Below are positions 46,431 through 59,700 of a stretch of 64,000 nt of DNA, piece by piece. The notes beneath the pieces were generated by a model. The model saw only the letters and a program-made list of their open reading frames with translations. It was not told the DNA's origin and did no database searches. Both the position numbers and the translations under genes were made by a program. Location: positions 3,410,001 to 3,474,000 of the forward strand of contig JAYWIR010000016.1 in NCBI GenBank assembly GCA_036172245.1, written 5' to 3'. How positions within the stretch are numbered: the stretch's first letter is position 1; each line of letters opens with the position of its first letter. This DNA comes from Raillietiella orientalis. Lineage: Eukaryota.

Positions 46431-49400
46431 CAGTCGAGAGTTTGCCGTGTAAACGGAACACACATACCACCGAACCACCACAGAACTTCCCTCGCGTAAT
46501 CTCAGTGGCAAGCGGCAGCAGCAAAAATCATCGTTTCAATTACGAAAATTACGAAAGATGAAAAGACTGCCTTCTCCGCTCCCCCCCTTCCTCCCTCCCC
46601 CCCCCCCCCCATCGCGCACTCCATCCCGTCTTTCCCTTTGAATTTATTCGACGCTTCGATAAGATAACAAAGTCCACTGCTGTTTTTAAATATGAAGCAA
46701 AGATCAAGAGCTCGCGACGTTGGGAAGCTCGTCTGAAGCTGCACATCTTGCTCGGTTCTGCCATCCTCGAAAACGATCGCGTTAACTTACTCGAGTTCCT
46801 TGGAAACTTAGTTCCAGGGATGCTCATCTCCGATTTCGCTCCCGAAAAAAGGGAAAAAAAAAAAAAAAAAAGCAGATCGCCAATCTTCGGAAGAAGACGA
46901 AAACAAAAACAAAAACAAAAACTTTTTTTTTTTTTTTGCTGCTTAAGCGAGTTCACATGCACTCGGTTGCGGTGCATTTTTTTTTTTTTTCCTTTCTTTC
47001 CTCTCTTACATACATACTGAATGCAGACAAGATGCTTGGCAGCATCCGTGCCGTCCTACCTACAAAAGAGTTCCTACCTTTACCGTTTCCGCATTCGCAG
47101 GTAAATTTTCCAGTAAGTCTACATGCAAGAAAGGTAAACATAATAAACTGATTTCCTCATTCACTCAGGGCGGCCGAAAAGATAAATCTGATGTCCATTC
47201 GAAAAGGCATCCACGCGCTTTGATGGCGACACACGGAATGCACCGACTCGCCGGTGCTTTGCCTTCGGCCGTTGTCTCCATGTTGCATAACAGATCAGCC
47301 TCTTGGGAAGCACGGTCCATGATGACTTGGATGAAAAACGGTCCTTCTACCTTGGAAAGCACCTGCCTGGTCGCCGATCCGCGTTGACCTCGCCATGCCC
47401 AAGGCACCTGGCGAGAAGAGGAATCGATCTCTCGGCAAAAGTGACCTTTTCCTGAGCTCCTCTTCCCTCCCTACCTTTCCTCTTCTCCTCCCGAATCCTC
47501 TCCTCGGCACCTGTTCCTGGTATCCATCATGCGACCTCACCAGAGCACACCATTCTAAAGCACGTGTGTTTGCCGGCGGACCCTCCGCGATCCTTCTAGA
47601 CGTTCCTTCCCCCCCCCCCCCTTTCGCACATCCGCCGGACGGCAACAATGCCGGCTCCGCTTCGCGCGCTCAGGAAACCGGAGGAGCTGCGAGCCGGGGT
47701 CGAGGTTGCCAGGGCGACGACGCGCGCGTCCTCGCTGCTGGGAAGCCTAGGCCCGACCGCCCCGTCGACCTGGCAGCGACAGAATCTCACGCACGAACGA
47801 GTGAAAGTGGATGATTAGACGGATCCGGCGAGATCCGGCTTGATCGTGAAAACGTCGAAATGGACACGCGGCATTTCTTTCTAAGACGCGAACCTCCCCC
47901 TCAGAAGGAAGAACAAAAAACAAAAAGATGTGTCCGACACCAGGGAACCCTGCTTTTGGGGGCAAAGACACTCTGCGTGTGTTTTTCTAGTATGTGGGCA
48001 GCAACTAGAGGTAACGGTAAGGAGAGGATACCGGGTTGGAAAGGGTGGGGTAGATGATGGGCGAAAGGGGGAAGCGTCCTCGCAGCTTGCGACGGTGCAT
48101 GTCCGGGGGGGGGGGGGGGACTGGCGTAAACCGGCAACGTTTCAGGCAGAGACCGGAGAGGGCTGGAGAAAGCTTTGGACCTCCGTAGACGGTGCCCCAA
48201 GAGAACCAGAGGGAGTTGCTCGAACGGTTCCAGGGGAGTTTCGGAAGAGGCTGCGAGAAGCCGTCACGCTGCAAACGGAAGTTTGGAAGGGAGAGATCGC
48301 TGCCAAGATAGAGGACGTCCTGTCTGTGGGACGGCCTCAAGAAACAAAGTTGGTGGTCTCGAAAATACCATCCTGTTGATCCACCCGGGAGAAAATTGTC
48401 ATCGACGGGGACTCTGGGGAGAAAAGATTTTGGAAGAAGAGGAGAGCAGACTAAGAGTGAGCTTCCTTAAATCGGATTTTGCGGATGAATAAGAGGTCTC
48501 TCTTCGTCTCTCTTCTTCCCTTTCTTCCTCCCTTTCCCTATAACGCCGTGGTGTTTCGTGAGAACGACACTTAGTGCTGGAGGGAAGGGGAAAGAAAGAG
48601 AAAAAGGCAATGTAGTCCGTAAGCGTTTCGGTGGAGACCAGTCCTGTAGAAGAGGGCAGGTAGATGCATCTCCTTCCCCCTTCTTCCCCCGCACCCTCTC
48701 CTGCACACCTCGGATAGCAAGGAATGTGATATCCGCACCTCGCCATAGCCGAGATTCGCGCTGGTCTCTTGGACGGCCAGCGACGCTCCGTCTGAGGCGG
48801 ACAAAGGTCGCGTTCCGGTCAGGTTCTTGAGGGCAGCGTCAAGGATTCGTAAAGGCACCCCTCGCCAACTCAGCTGGTCAGAAACGACTCTCGCCTCTCT
48901 CCTCCATCCCACCCTGGTCAGCGGGAGCTCGGGAAGGGACGTCGTGAAGCTGACCATCCTTCTTTCCGTCGTGGTCCTCGTCGCGGGCACTGCAGCGGAA
49001 AGGGGATGTACGCATGCGCGCACACGGTGGGTCCTCCATCTCAAGGGTGTGTCTCACCTCCGCGGACCGGGCGCGTGGGCGCGCCAACTGTTCCGAGCTG
49101 GGCAACACAAAAAAGAACCTTCAGCAGGTCACCGTCCCCCCTCCTCTCCCGCTACCGCATCTGCTGGAGACTCCTAAAGGGCAATAGTGTCATGGGGCTC
49201 GCTCTTTGGCGACGTGACTGACAGCTTAGCGTGGACAGCACGCGGGTGGGCATGCGTGAGATTGAAGGAAAAAATAAACGTTGAATAGATAAGAAAAAAA
49301 AATGTTTGAATTTTGTGTCCATACTATACGAATTATTGAGTTGCTACCCGGCTATAGTTCAAGAGGTGTCGATGGACCTTCCCGACCACCCTTCGGGACT

Positions 49401-52400
49401 TGAATGCCAAATCTGTACCCAAGAAACTGGAAACCACGGAATAGGCTCTTCCAAGGTGCTCAACGTCCGCTTGATTACCTCACCCAGGTCTTTGAAAGTT
49501 TTACGCTCCATGGGGCCAGAAATGGATTTTCTATAACCAATGGTGGGAGGAGGGGGCGGCTTGCAATATTATGCCGTGCATCGCTGCTCGTGCATCGCTG
49601 CTATCGAGTGGTTTGCGCCAGAAGCAGCTCATTGCCATCTAGTGGTTCGGTTTTCATCTGGGGATCACTTTTGCCATCTAGCGACCTCTTTGTCAATCGA
49701 TTCCAGCTTGGCCGTAGCTCCCGCGTCGGCATCTGGATTGCTAATAGAGGAACGGATCGCCGCCATCTCTGAAGTGCCACACGACGAAAAGAGAGAGGAA
49801 GGATTGTCTTTATGGTTCTCGCTTCGTACTCCGAGGTCCATCCTCAAGGTTGTATATTACTCTGTAGCAGCTTCGCTCCAAAGCTGTTGTATGCAGAAGG
49901 GATGCAAAAGAAGGGAAGTCCGTCGGTTGCAGCCTGGCTTCTCCTATCACGCGTAGATCTCCCTATGGTTGCGAAAGTTCCTCCTGACCTTCTTTCGACA
50001 GAGCACGTGGCGTGGACGGGGGAGCTCCGCATAGGCTAATCAAGCACACTCTCAGGAGACAGAAAACGTCCTCCGCCCCTATACTCCAGTTCCCTCCTCT
50101 CATAAAAATCCTCCTCCCAGCATCGGAGTTCCAAGAAAGGACACCAGATGCCCACGGAAGAGGCTTCAAAGTTCTTCCTCCTGAGGTGCCTACGGGCGAG
50201 AACTTGGGTAACGCCCCTTCCTGAGGATCCTCTCTGAGAAGGGGAAGACGTGGTACGGGTGAGGAAGGAAACGGTTGTGACCTGGCGGCATGCGTCTCCA
50301 TTGAGGGAATGTGTCGCTCATCTCTCGGCTTCTGTCCTGAAGTCATCGCAAGCTCTCAATGAGGCGCATCGAAGAAGATGGGAACTGTGAAGAAGCGCCG
50401 GGGAAGGACGCGGATCCGGAAGCCGCGGCGGGCTACTGTCTGCATATTTCTGCCAGCCTCCTTTGACTTCCGGGGGTCTACTGGGCTCAATGGCGGCCTC
50501 CCAGTCAGTGCGATTTGCCGGCTGGGAGTCGAAGACCTTTGAGGCGATCAGTGTGGCCTCCCCCACAGCAGCCATATCAGCATGCGGAAGAATCGCTGCT
50601 GAGAATCCTCCCCCCTCCTCGGAGGTCTCAGCAAGGGGAGAAACACGTGGAAGATACTAGTCAGTGCGATTTTCCGAGCTCCAGATCTAGACCTCTCGAT
50701 CTGGGATTCGGGAAATTCGCAACTGCTGGACTCGTTCAGCAGATGGGTTGCTGTTAGAAAGATTTCCCTGCGACTCTTCTAGACGTGGAAAAGAACTGGG
50801 CTGCTTCCCTTGTCAGTCTGACATGACATTTTATAGTTCCGTGGACTACCGATTCGTTTCAGGGACAGAACGAAGCAAAAGTTCCAATTCCTCCTCCAGA
50901 CGATACTCCGCCGTCTTTTCTTCTTCCTCCCTTTTCATGTAAGAGGATAGTCATTCGAACTCTTCGAAAAGATCCCGCTTCTTGAAACAGCCACCTGAGG
51001 AGGCAAAGGCGATGTCTTTCCCTATGCCAGGGGGCATGCACACAGCCTCCAGCTGCCGAGACATTTACCAGCATAAAGCTCTAAAAGTAGGCTGGGGGTA
51101 GGCAGCATCTGGTATGGTTTCTCACCTCACCTATGGCTTCTACTTCCCTGTGCCGTTGCTGCTCTGTAGCGAAAGAGCTGAGGATGAACGGAGGCTCTCG
51201 AACAGCTGTAAAGACCATTAGAAACGTGAAAGGTTAGGAAACTTCACGTGAAGTCTCAGGGGAACCGGGCAAACGGAACTCGATGCAGCATGAGTTGAAA
51301 AATGCACTTCACTGCAAGGGAAGCACGGTCTGAAGCATACTGAACAAATGGATTTGGTTCTGATGGCATGCCATGCAGGCACACACTCAATGCGGCTCAC
51401 CTCAGCTCGCGCTGCGACTCGTCTCAAAGCCACACTTGGCACGGGCCGGTTTCGGGTGCTTCCCGTAAAGAATTCTGATGGAATGAGCTACGAATGGTGC
51501 AAGCATGATCTCATAGAAGCTCCACACTGTGGGATCGGGACTCGATGCCTGTGCTGCACTCGTTGAGCTTCAATCTCTGAATTCACCTGGTTTCTACTTG
51601 AATTTTTCGAAGTGTTGGACCATTTTCTCCACTTTCCTTGTGCATTCGCACCACTCCTTGCCACCTGAGTGGACTTGTGAGGTTCTCCCTGGATTTCATG
51701 GCGTGAAATCTTCGCATACTTCTGCCTTCCATGTAAGGTCGATGCTGACTCTAAATACTGATCCTATGAGCACGGATGCTGCTCCTTATTGAATTGTGCA
51801 GCGCTTCCGGGACTTGCTGACATCGCCACCTTAGAAACTGAATGTTAGATAAAGTTGTAGCAATTGCAGGGTACCTTTGGAGGTTTACACTCTTGAAGAA
51901 AATATCCGTGTCATTGCAGCTTTCTCGACTATTTCTGCACCTTTTTCTGTAAGCAAGAAATTGATTTTGTCAGTTCCTAGTGAACACTGATTTCATCGAT
52001 ACATTTCATTCACACATGTCGTCTGCATGGAGCCGAACATCAATGTACATTACGCGAAACAAACATTTACCGGAAGCGAGCACCACGTAATTCCCATAAG
52101 CAAGATTACTGCAATTTTCGCGTGTATTTGAAACGCACAGCTTTGAAAACCTCAGCATCAGAGACATGATGATCAAAGTGAACAACGTTCGTTCCAATAA
52201 GCTTATGAAGCTTTTCGATTTCAATTCACCTCTTTCAGGAAGCATTAAAATTTTTTCATCGAAGGAATATGATTATCGAGTAGCAGTTGCAGCTGCATAT
52301 GTTTCCAGAAGCAAATCAAAAACCCAACACAAAAATTATAATAAGCTTGAAATACCCAAAGAAGAATTACAGCTGGAAGAAAGGAATTTTCTCAAGTCGC

Positions 52401-53700
52401 AAGAAAGACTGGTTTTGAGCATAAAGAAACAGATCGTTGGCCAAGTTCGGAAAGACCGTGCAGATCCACAAAACTCATTTTTCCATTCACGCAGCAACAC
52501 TGTGAAATGCTATTACTATTCAGAATGAGCACAGTTTATCTTATGCAATTTTAGAGGAAATCTTGTCGGAATTCTTTTTTACGAAAACTCGCGTCACCAT
52601 ACTTAATAGCGCAATGATGGAAAAAGTTATTTGAAAAGATGAAAATTCCTTGCCATTTTTTTTAGTGGAACACTAATTCTGAACAGGGCTGATGAATAAG
52701 AAGCTGTGAGACCCATTCATACAACTGAAACAGTAATTTACGATTTTTCTGAGACACTAATCTTGAAAACTTAAGCTATTATGTAACTTCTTCAAATGTG
52801 GAAGATTACAATCAATTTCTTAAACTGAGACGATGAACGCTGAAAGGCTTTCGATACCAAAAAACCTCCAAAAGCTGTCGTAAACAACGTTTGCAAAATA
52901 ATTATTACATGTTTTTCGAATTGCTCGATTGCATTTATTTGATTAGAAATTCATTAGTTCAGCGTGAGAAATAAAAGCTGCAGTAAGTATTTTTAAACTT
53001 TGATTTGCATTTGGACACCGGATTCGAATATCGAGAATTTGAATGTCGAGAACATGGCAACGGAGACATTGGGAGCCAATTGGGTTCAATAGTTGTGTAT
53101 TATATTATTGCAAGTATGTGGTTATATCATCTTGCAGTAGAGTATTGAGTAAAAAACAAACACAATATCATGTACGGAATAGTCTCATTTGTTTGCTGTT
53201 TCATGGCTTTTTTCACAGGTTCCACGTGTATGAGAAGACTATTGTATGAGAGGAATAGTTATGCCATTGACAGTTTTGATGTAGCACAGATCCCTAGTAA
53301 TTATTGTTAAATGAATTCAAGCGTGCAACAGTTATTCGTAGTTTCGAAGACAGACCACCTTGAAGAAGTGGAATTTTATTTCCGCATAGTAAATGCTTCC
53401 TTAGTTCCCGTGCAATGTACTCGTTTTTGACATACAGATGGAAGTATTTAGACATTTTTAAGTAGCCTTTTAATACTTAATAAAATAGCATGGAGCGTAA
53501 TAATGGAAAAACAGAATTACTATTCATGCATAAGTGAATACATGCATTCCAAGTGAATCAAGTAAGTATTTTTCCATTATAAGTAACTTATAAAACTTCC
53601 ATCCAGAAAGTTAGGGAGTTTTGAGAAGTTTTCTTAATGAATAGCAAACGAGAAGCATAAAATTACTGATTGGAAAAGTAAACCATTGCGCAACATTAAA

Positions 53701-56700
53701 ATGTCATCAGTTCAGGATGCACAGAAGTTTATTCAGAGTGTGTTTCCATCAAGAATATTGATTTTTCCTTCATCTGATGTTGAGGAATTATGTTTAAATT
53801 GTAATACAACATTCTCGAAAATTTTGGAGCCATTTTCTCGCTTAGATTCTACATGTAAGGTGATATTTTTCTTGTTCATTCAAAGTCAATGCATTGTACA
53901 AGATGTGTTTTTAAATTTAGAAGAATACTTTATTTCTTTTCACGTAGTATAGCATCTACCTTATCCACATTTCTATACTTTGCTCTAACTCATCTAAGAG
54001 CTTTATGGGATGCTTGTTTTCATTGAAACTTTGTTGATGCATGTTGCAAATATTCAGCTTTAAAATGGGAAATGGAATAAACAGTACCTGTAGCCCATAT
54101 TCCTTATTATTGAAATTAGTTCTCTTTAACAGCAGGTTTGCTTACCATAAACCTCACAAGGACAGGATGTAGAGGAATGTATAGTGCTTGTATGTTTTCA
54201 CAAAAAACATTAATGATGTGATCATGCTCAAAAATGTGGTGCTTACTGTGTTAGTGTAATTTGTATTGCTTTATTAATATCACTGAGTTTTTTAATACTC
54301 ATATGATAGTTTTTAAACTACAGGGTAAAATTGGGTAGGATTGTATGATGGGGAGATTTCCTATTAATCAAATTCAGAATGAAAGTCTTCTCATTAATGC
54401 GTTTTCATAATAAATCTTGTGACATAAATTTTTATGTATTTCAGTTACTTTCAGAGATGCTTTAGATCAGCCTGTACTCATCAACAATCTTCATTTAGAA
54501 TTTATAAATAAAAGTGACTTGTCAGGATCCTTTGATTTCGAGAAAAAATTATGTGGTAATTTTACATTATCTTTTTGAGACATAATATCAGAGAACTTAA
54601 TTATTAGATTATTAGTTATCGTCTTTGTGTAAATTTGTTAAATGCATGCGAGGAACTGGTTAATTGCAACAGTTATTGATGTTTCATGTTGTTTGTAGTG
54701 CATTTGTTACCTCAAAATAAATCTAAAGTTGATGAGCTGGAGATTGACTGCAGCACACTAGATGTGAATGAAGTAAATTCTTCCTACGATACATGGAAAA
54801 AGAATTTTGTGAAGTCTATGCCATCAGAATCCCATGAATATGTGAAAAGTTGCATTGCTGTTATGTTTGTTGTTTCATCAAGTATCATAGAGCCAGTTGA
54901 AGAATTTGACAAGCTCTCTAAAGAGTTACTGATGTTTCAAGAAAAGAATAGTAATTTCAGGTATTTCATGCCTGATATGTTAAAATATTATGTGTTTCTC
55001 CATGTCGACAGTGAAGGCATTGAAAGGTATGCTTATGACTTGACTTTATTTTAACATATTTTTAAATGTAGCTGTGTATATCTTTATAGACTGATTGCAA
55101 TTTGCATGATGATAAATTGTTCATTAGTATCAACCATACTTTGAATTAAATCATTTTCAGTACACATGCATTGTGAATGTGTAGATTGGCTTTTTTCTGC
55201 TGTTGATCATGTCTTTATGTACAGAGTATGGTTATTGCAGATTGACGTGATAATTTGCTTTATTTTTTAGAACCGAGCAAATTTTCCAAATCATGAAGGC
55301 AGCATTTGGGACATGTGCTTGTGATATTCTATTTGTGTCTGAAGAATATGGTAGTCTGATGTTGCAGAAAAATGACTCACTCAGTGTTCGTATACATGAA
55401 TTTTTATTTAATTACTGTATGTGCTTTAGAGATAATTGGTGTTAAAGTTTCAAGTAATGTTTGAGGTGGTAAAAAATATGATTCTTTTCAAAAGTGAAAA
55501 CAATTACATTTTAGACTTGTCAAATTAAATGAAACGGTGCATTGCATTTGGGATTGCAAAAATCTAGTCATCACATCATTACTGTATGCTTACATTCAAT
55601 GACATGTAATGTGATAAAATGCAAATCTTTTCATTTAAAAAGTATTTGTATATAAGAAATATGGAGATTAGCATTTTATCAGATTACATTAATTATTTTT
55701 TAAATAGTTTAATGTCTCTTGAAGCAAATGATTGTTCGATTTTTCTTAGTCTTTTATCCTAACCAAAAAAAAAAAAATGTGCCTGATGAATTGTTTCATT
55801 ATTATTGTACTACTATTAGAGGAAGATTCTGTTGAAAGTTTTTATGGTAAAAACATTGGTTCCTTCATAAGTATTGAAAGGCCACTTTTGACATTTGAGT
55901 TTTGGAGGTATTTTGTCTTAAATCAAATAGGGGTAAAATAGGCAAACTGAAATAGCTGTTCATTCTGAAAGAAGAGAATGTATCACCACAAAAAAAAGCT
56001 ATAAAGAAAACAGATCTTGGGTTATTAACAAAAATAATGTGTTTAAAGCTTAACTTACTTAGAGCAGAAGGAAAACTCTCAATAGATAAACCAAATAAAG
56101 TTTTTACTGCATGATTTCATCTTCTGGGTGATGTCAGTTAAAATCTTTCATTTGTCCTTCCTTTTGTGAAATGGATATGGAAGTTTGGTTTCATGTAGGT
56201 GCTTAGGTTTGAATATAGCAGTTTGCACTGAAAATAAAGTGGAACAGAGGTTGCAGTACTCATTTTCTGAAGTGTTACTGTATTTCTTGAAACTAAGTAA
56301 GACCCCAGCTGCATCAAGACAACAATAAGAATTAACAAATATATGTAATGCCATGAATGTTTTGAAAAGTTACGATCCTTCAGAAAAATCCGAATTGTTT
56401 CCAGAATATCAAATGAAATACATGAATGAGACTTGTCTCATGGAGTCAGTGTAAGACTTGTCTCATGGAGTCGGTGTAATTGATGTTCATGAAACAAAGT
56501 AAATATTGAAATTTTTTGTAGAAAAATTTACTTGGGAAAATAAGAAACTAAATATGATGTAGGTATACATAACTTGCAAGTAAGAATACTCAGCTTGCAA
56601 TATTTATGTTAAGTTTGTACAGTATGAGAAGACTAGGCAGGTGCAGCTGTTGGTACAGTTTATTTTAAAGAAATAGTAAGAACTTAGAAAATATAATACC

Positions 56701-59700
56701 TGAGCCTGCTGCTAAAAATGAGGATATTTTTGTTGAAAGGTTGTATTCTGCTCTGTTTTCAGCATGTGATTTCAAAGGCTTTATAGTCTTTTTAGACTTT
56801 GAATACACATGTTCAAACTTGATGTCACCTCACAGTAGAGATAGCAGAACTTTCAGTGCAACACATAGGTATACTTTTGAAAGGTACAAGAGAACTATGC
56901 ATATGAAGTGCATTTGTGCAATTCGAATTAGTTCAAAAAAATTTTTAACAGTTAATAATCAATCTTCCCCTGTTATCAGCGCCTCTCAAAAGACAGAGGA
57001 AGAAGCTGAGGTTTCATAGGTGAATGGTGATGAAAAGCTGTAATTAAATCAAGATTGCAACTTTCATGGCAGTAAAATTCCTATATGGTTGGCAGCATTG
57101 CAGCGATGAAACTAATTTGAAATATTAATAATTTCACAGCAGATATATTTGGAAATATTGTTTTACTTATCGTTATCATCAAATTTACAAATGAAAACTT
57201 AACTTATTGTGGTTCATTGCTCTTTATGGTAATTAACTTCCACAGATTTTCACAGTAGAAGTTGCTTTCATTTTATCAGTTTCTTTGCTGTCAGTACAGC
57301 CGAAGGATTTTTATGAGTTCTCAGATTTTTATAGGCTTCTGTTTGTTAGCCCTGAGTTTCTTGACTGATTGATACATTGAGTCATCCTTGTGGTTTATAC
57401 ATAGGATCAATCTTTGATGAATGGGGCCACAGTGTTAGAGAAATTGCTATTTCAAATGTACTCAGCATGTAAAGTATTTTGTTTTAATTTCTTTTAGAGT
57501 TTTTTAATCCAATAAAGCAACTAAAATTATATTTGGATAAAGTATTATGTTAGATTGCATTCTCATTAATACGATAGTCATGTTTGGATCAGTCTCAAAA
57601 TAACTTCCAACTTGTTTATAAGTGATAAAATAAGTGGGATGCTAGATGTAAACACCACTTTAAGCTAAAGGAAGATGGTTTTGAGGATACCTGAAGGAAA
57701 TTGCCATGTAATCAGAAAGTCTGGAAGACATCTTAGGGTTTTGTAAAGCATGAGTGTTATAAATCATTTGGTATGTGTAGAAGGCAGAAGTTACTGTACT
57801 ACAACTTGTTTCAAATCACAGCCACATATATTGTGAAATAATTCGATCAAAGATCAAAATATGGAAATATGTTCTGCTGTCAAGCCCCATTTATCATCAT
57901 CTAGATTTAAATGGTCCAGGTAATCTGAATTAGAAAAAATAAGGGAAATCTTGGATTTAGTTTCTTTTCGAATAGAATATAATGTTTGCATGAAAAATAG
58001 TGATGAAGATTTTGTAGACTAATGTAACTGATATTAGGGGAAGTTTTTCATTTTTGCTTGAGTTGCTAAAAGAATAATGCACATGTAATTTATTAAATAT
58101 TACTGTTTTCAATGTGAGCAGGTTTCGTGCTGTAATTAAATTATTTCATCATTTGATTAATAGTAATGGTGCTATTATTTAATTCATTGTGCCATAGTGA
58201 GGAATGTGATATGATGTTCTTCATTGTTCATCTTTGTGGTTTTATCATCTGTTCTGTAATTGTTACCATAATAACTGCTAGTTCGAAAATGCTTGTTATC
58301 AATCAAGAACTTTCAAATAATGTTTCTGGTGCTGCATGATAACCTGCAATCATGTCACATTTTACCAGGTGTGCATTGTTTTCTTGGAACGTCTTATGCC
58401 TTAAATAATTCTTGAATGAAATGAAAACAACTAATCCGATATATTCTTTAACTTGTTATATTGGAGCTTCATTGTGAGGAAAGACTGTTTTTTCTCATTC
58501 AGGGTTTCTCGGAAAGCAGTCTTGTTCACCAGTCATATTCCAATGATCTCATGAACAACAGTACTAATGCAAGTAAACATGTTGCTTCATCATTGCTGTT
58601 AGCTTCTGAAAATTCAGTTAGTAATTTTGCTGAAATTCTAAATTCCTCTCAACTGGTTACTTCAGAAATTGTAAGTTTCATAACTAAATTAGTAATGTAA
58701 AGGTTCCAGTTTTATTAATATTTTAGGAAACGCCATGCATGGATGATTTTTCTTCTGAAATGAGAGAGAATAGCTCAAATGAATATCCGTTGAATGATCC
58801 TTTACATTCAAGTGCTGTGTCTTTTACTTTGCCCCCTAAGCAAATGATGGCAATAAATAAGAAAATATTCGAAGAATTTTTAAAGAACTTCATTGAGCGA
58901 GCACTATTGCCTTATGTTGAACTTAATATTAAGCAGTTATATGAAATGGTAAGCTTTACTATGAACACTTGTTGTTTGTGGGTTTTAAAACTATGTATCA
59001 GGTATCACAAAGAAAAAGTATTCATCGTTCCATTTTTTCGGCAACAAAAAAATTTTTCGGGAGTGGAAAAAACTTTAGCTCAACTGGTTCTGCTCAGTGA
59101 GTGTGAACAAACACTGTTGACATATTCATAGCATGCTTGTTGCATAGGTATTCTGAAAATTCTCCCGAAATGCAAGCTCGAAGATTGGGTGACCTGGCAT
59201 TTTTACTCCATAATTATGATGTTGCATATCAAGCTTTTCATCTAGCACGTCGTGATTTCTTTAACGACCAAGCTTGGATTCACTTTGCTAGTGCTTCTGA
59301 AATGTGTGCTATAAGCGTGTTTATGTTGGGCAGCAATTCTCCTCGCCCATTTCCACATCATTATTTAGATGAAGCTCTTAATGCCTATCAGCAAATGTGC
59401 AAGTGAGTAATAATTAGCTTCGATATAAATTAATATTTTATTGATGCAGATCAAATAGTTATTCAATACGGTGCATGATACTTGCTACAGAGTGTCTGAA
59501 GCATCTTAAGTCTTTTCAAGAGGCTGCACGCTTTTATTTACAACTTTTGTCCGAAGTTTCTGATCTCCAGTCAGCATTGTTTTTAGAACAAACTGGATAC
59601 TGTTATCTGTTGAGCAAACCATCGCGTTTGCGTAAATATGCATTTTATTTGATTCTAGCTGGTTACAGGTTTGGTAAGGCTGGAGAAAGATTCCATGCTT

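Noticed and set aside
47000..53600. ORFs between the Slac2-like gene and TRAPPC8, e.g. 52166-52528
   Set aside because: No homology recognised and no SHD1-like helix found. Probably the divergent promoter and 5' UTR region; gtaagt donors at ~52983 and ~53562 may be TRAPPC8 5' UTR introns.
56381..56450. Alternative TRAPPC8 exon candidate at the 25-bp duplication
   Set aside because: Its best donor (gtaaga) is phase 2 and does not fit exon 58503, whereas 56952-57010 fits both neighbours.
57996..58035. C/D-box-like arrangement aata-gTGATGA...CTGA-tatt in a TRAPPC8 intron
   Set aside because: Only 21 nt lie between the boxes, too short for a typical snoRNA with C'/D' boxes. The 4-bp AT stem is plausible by chance.
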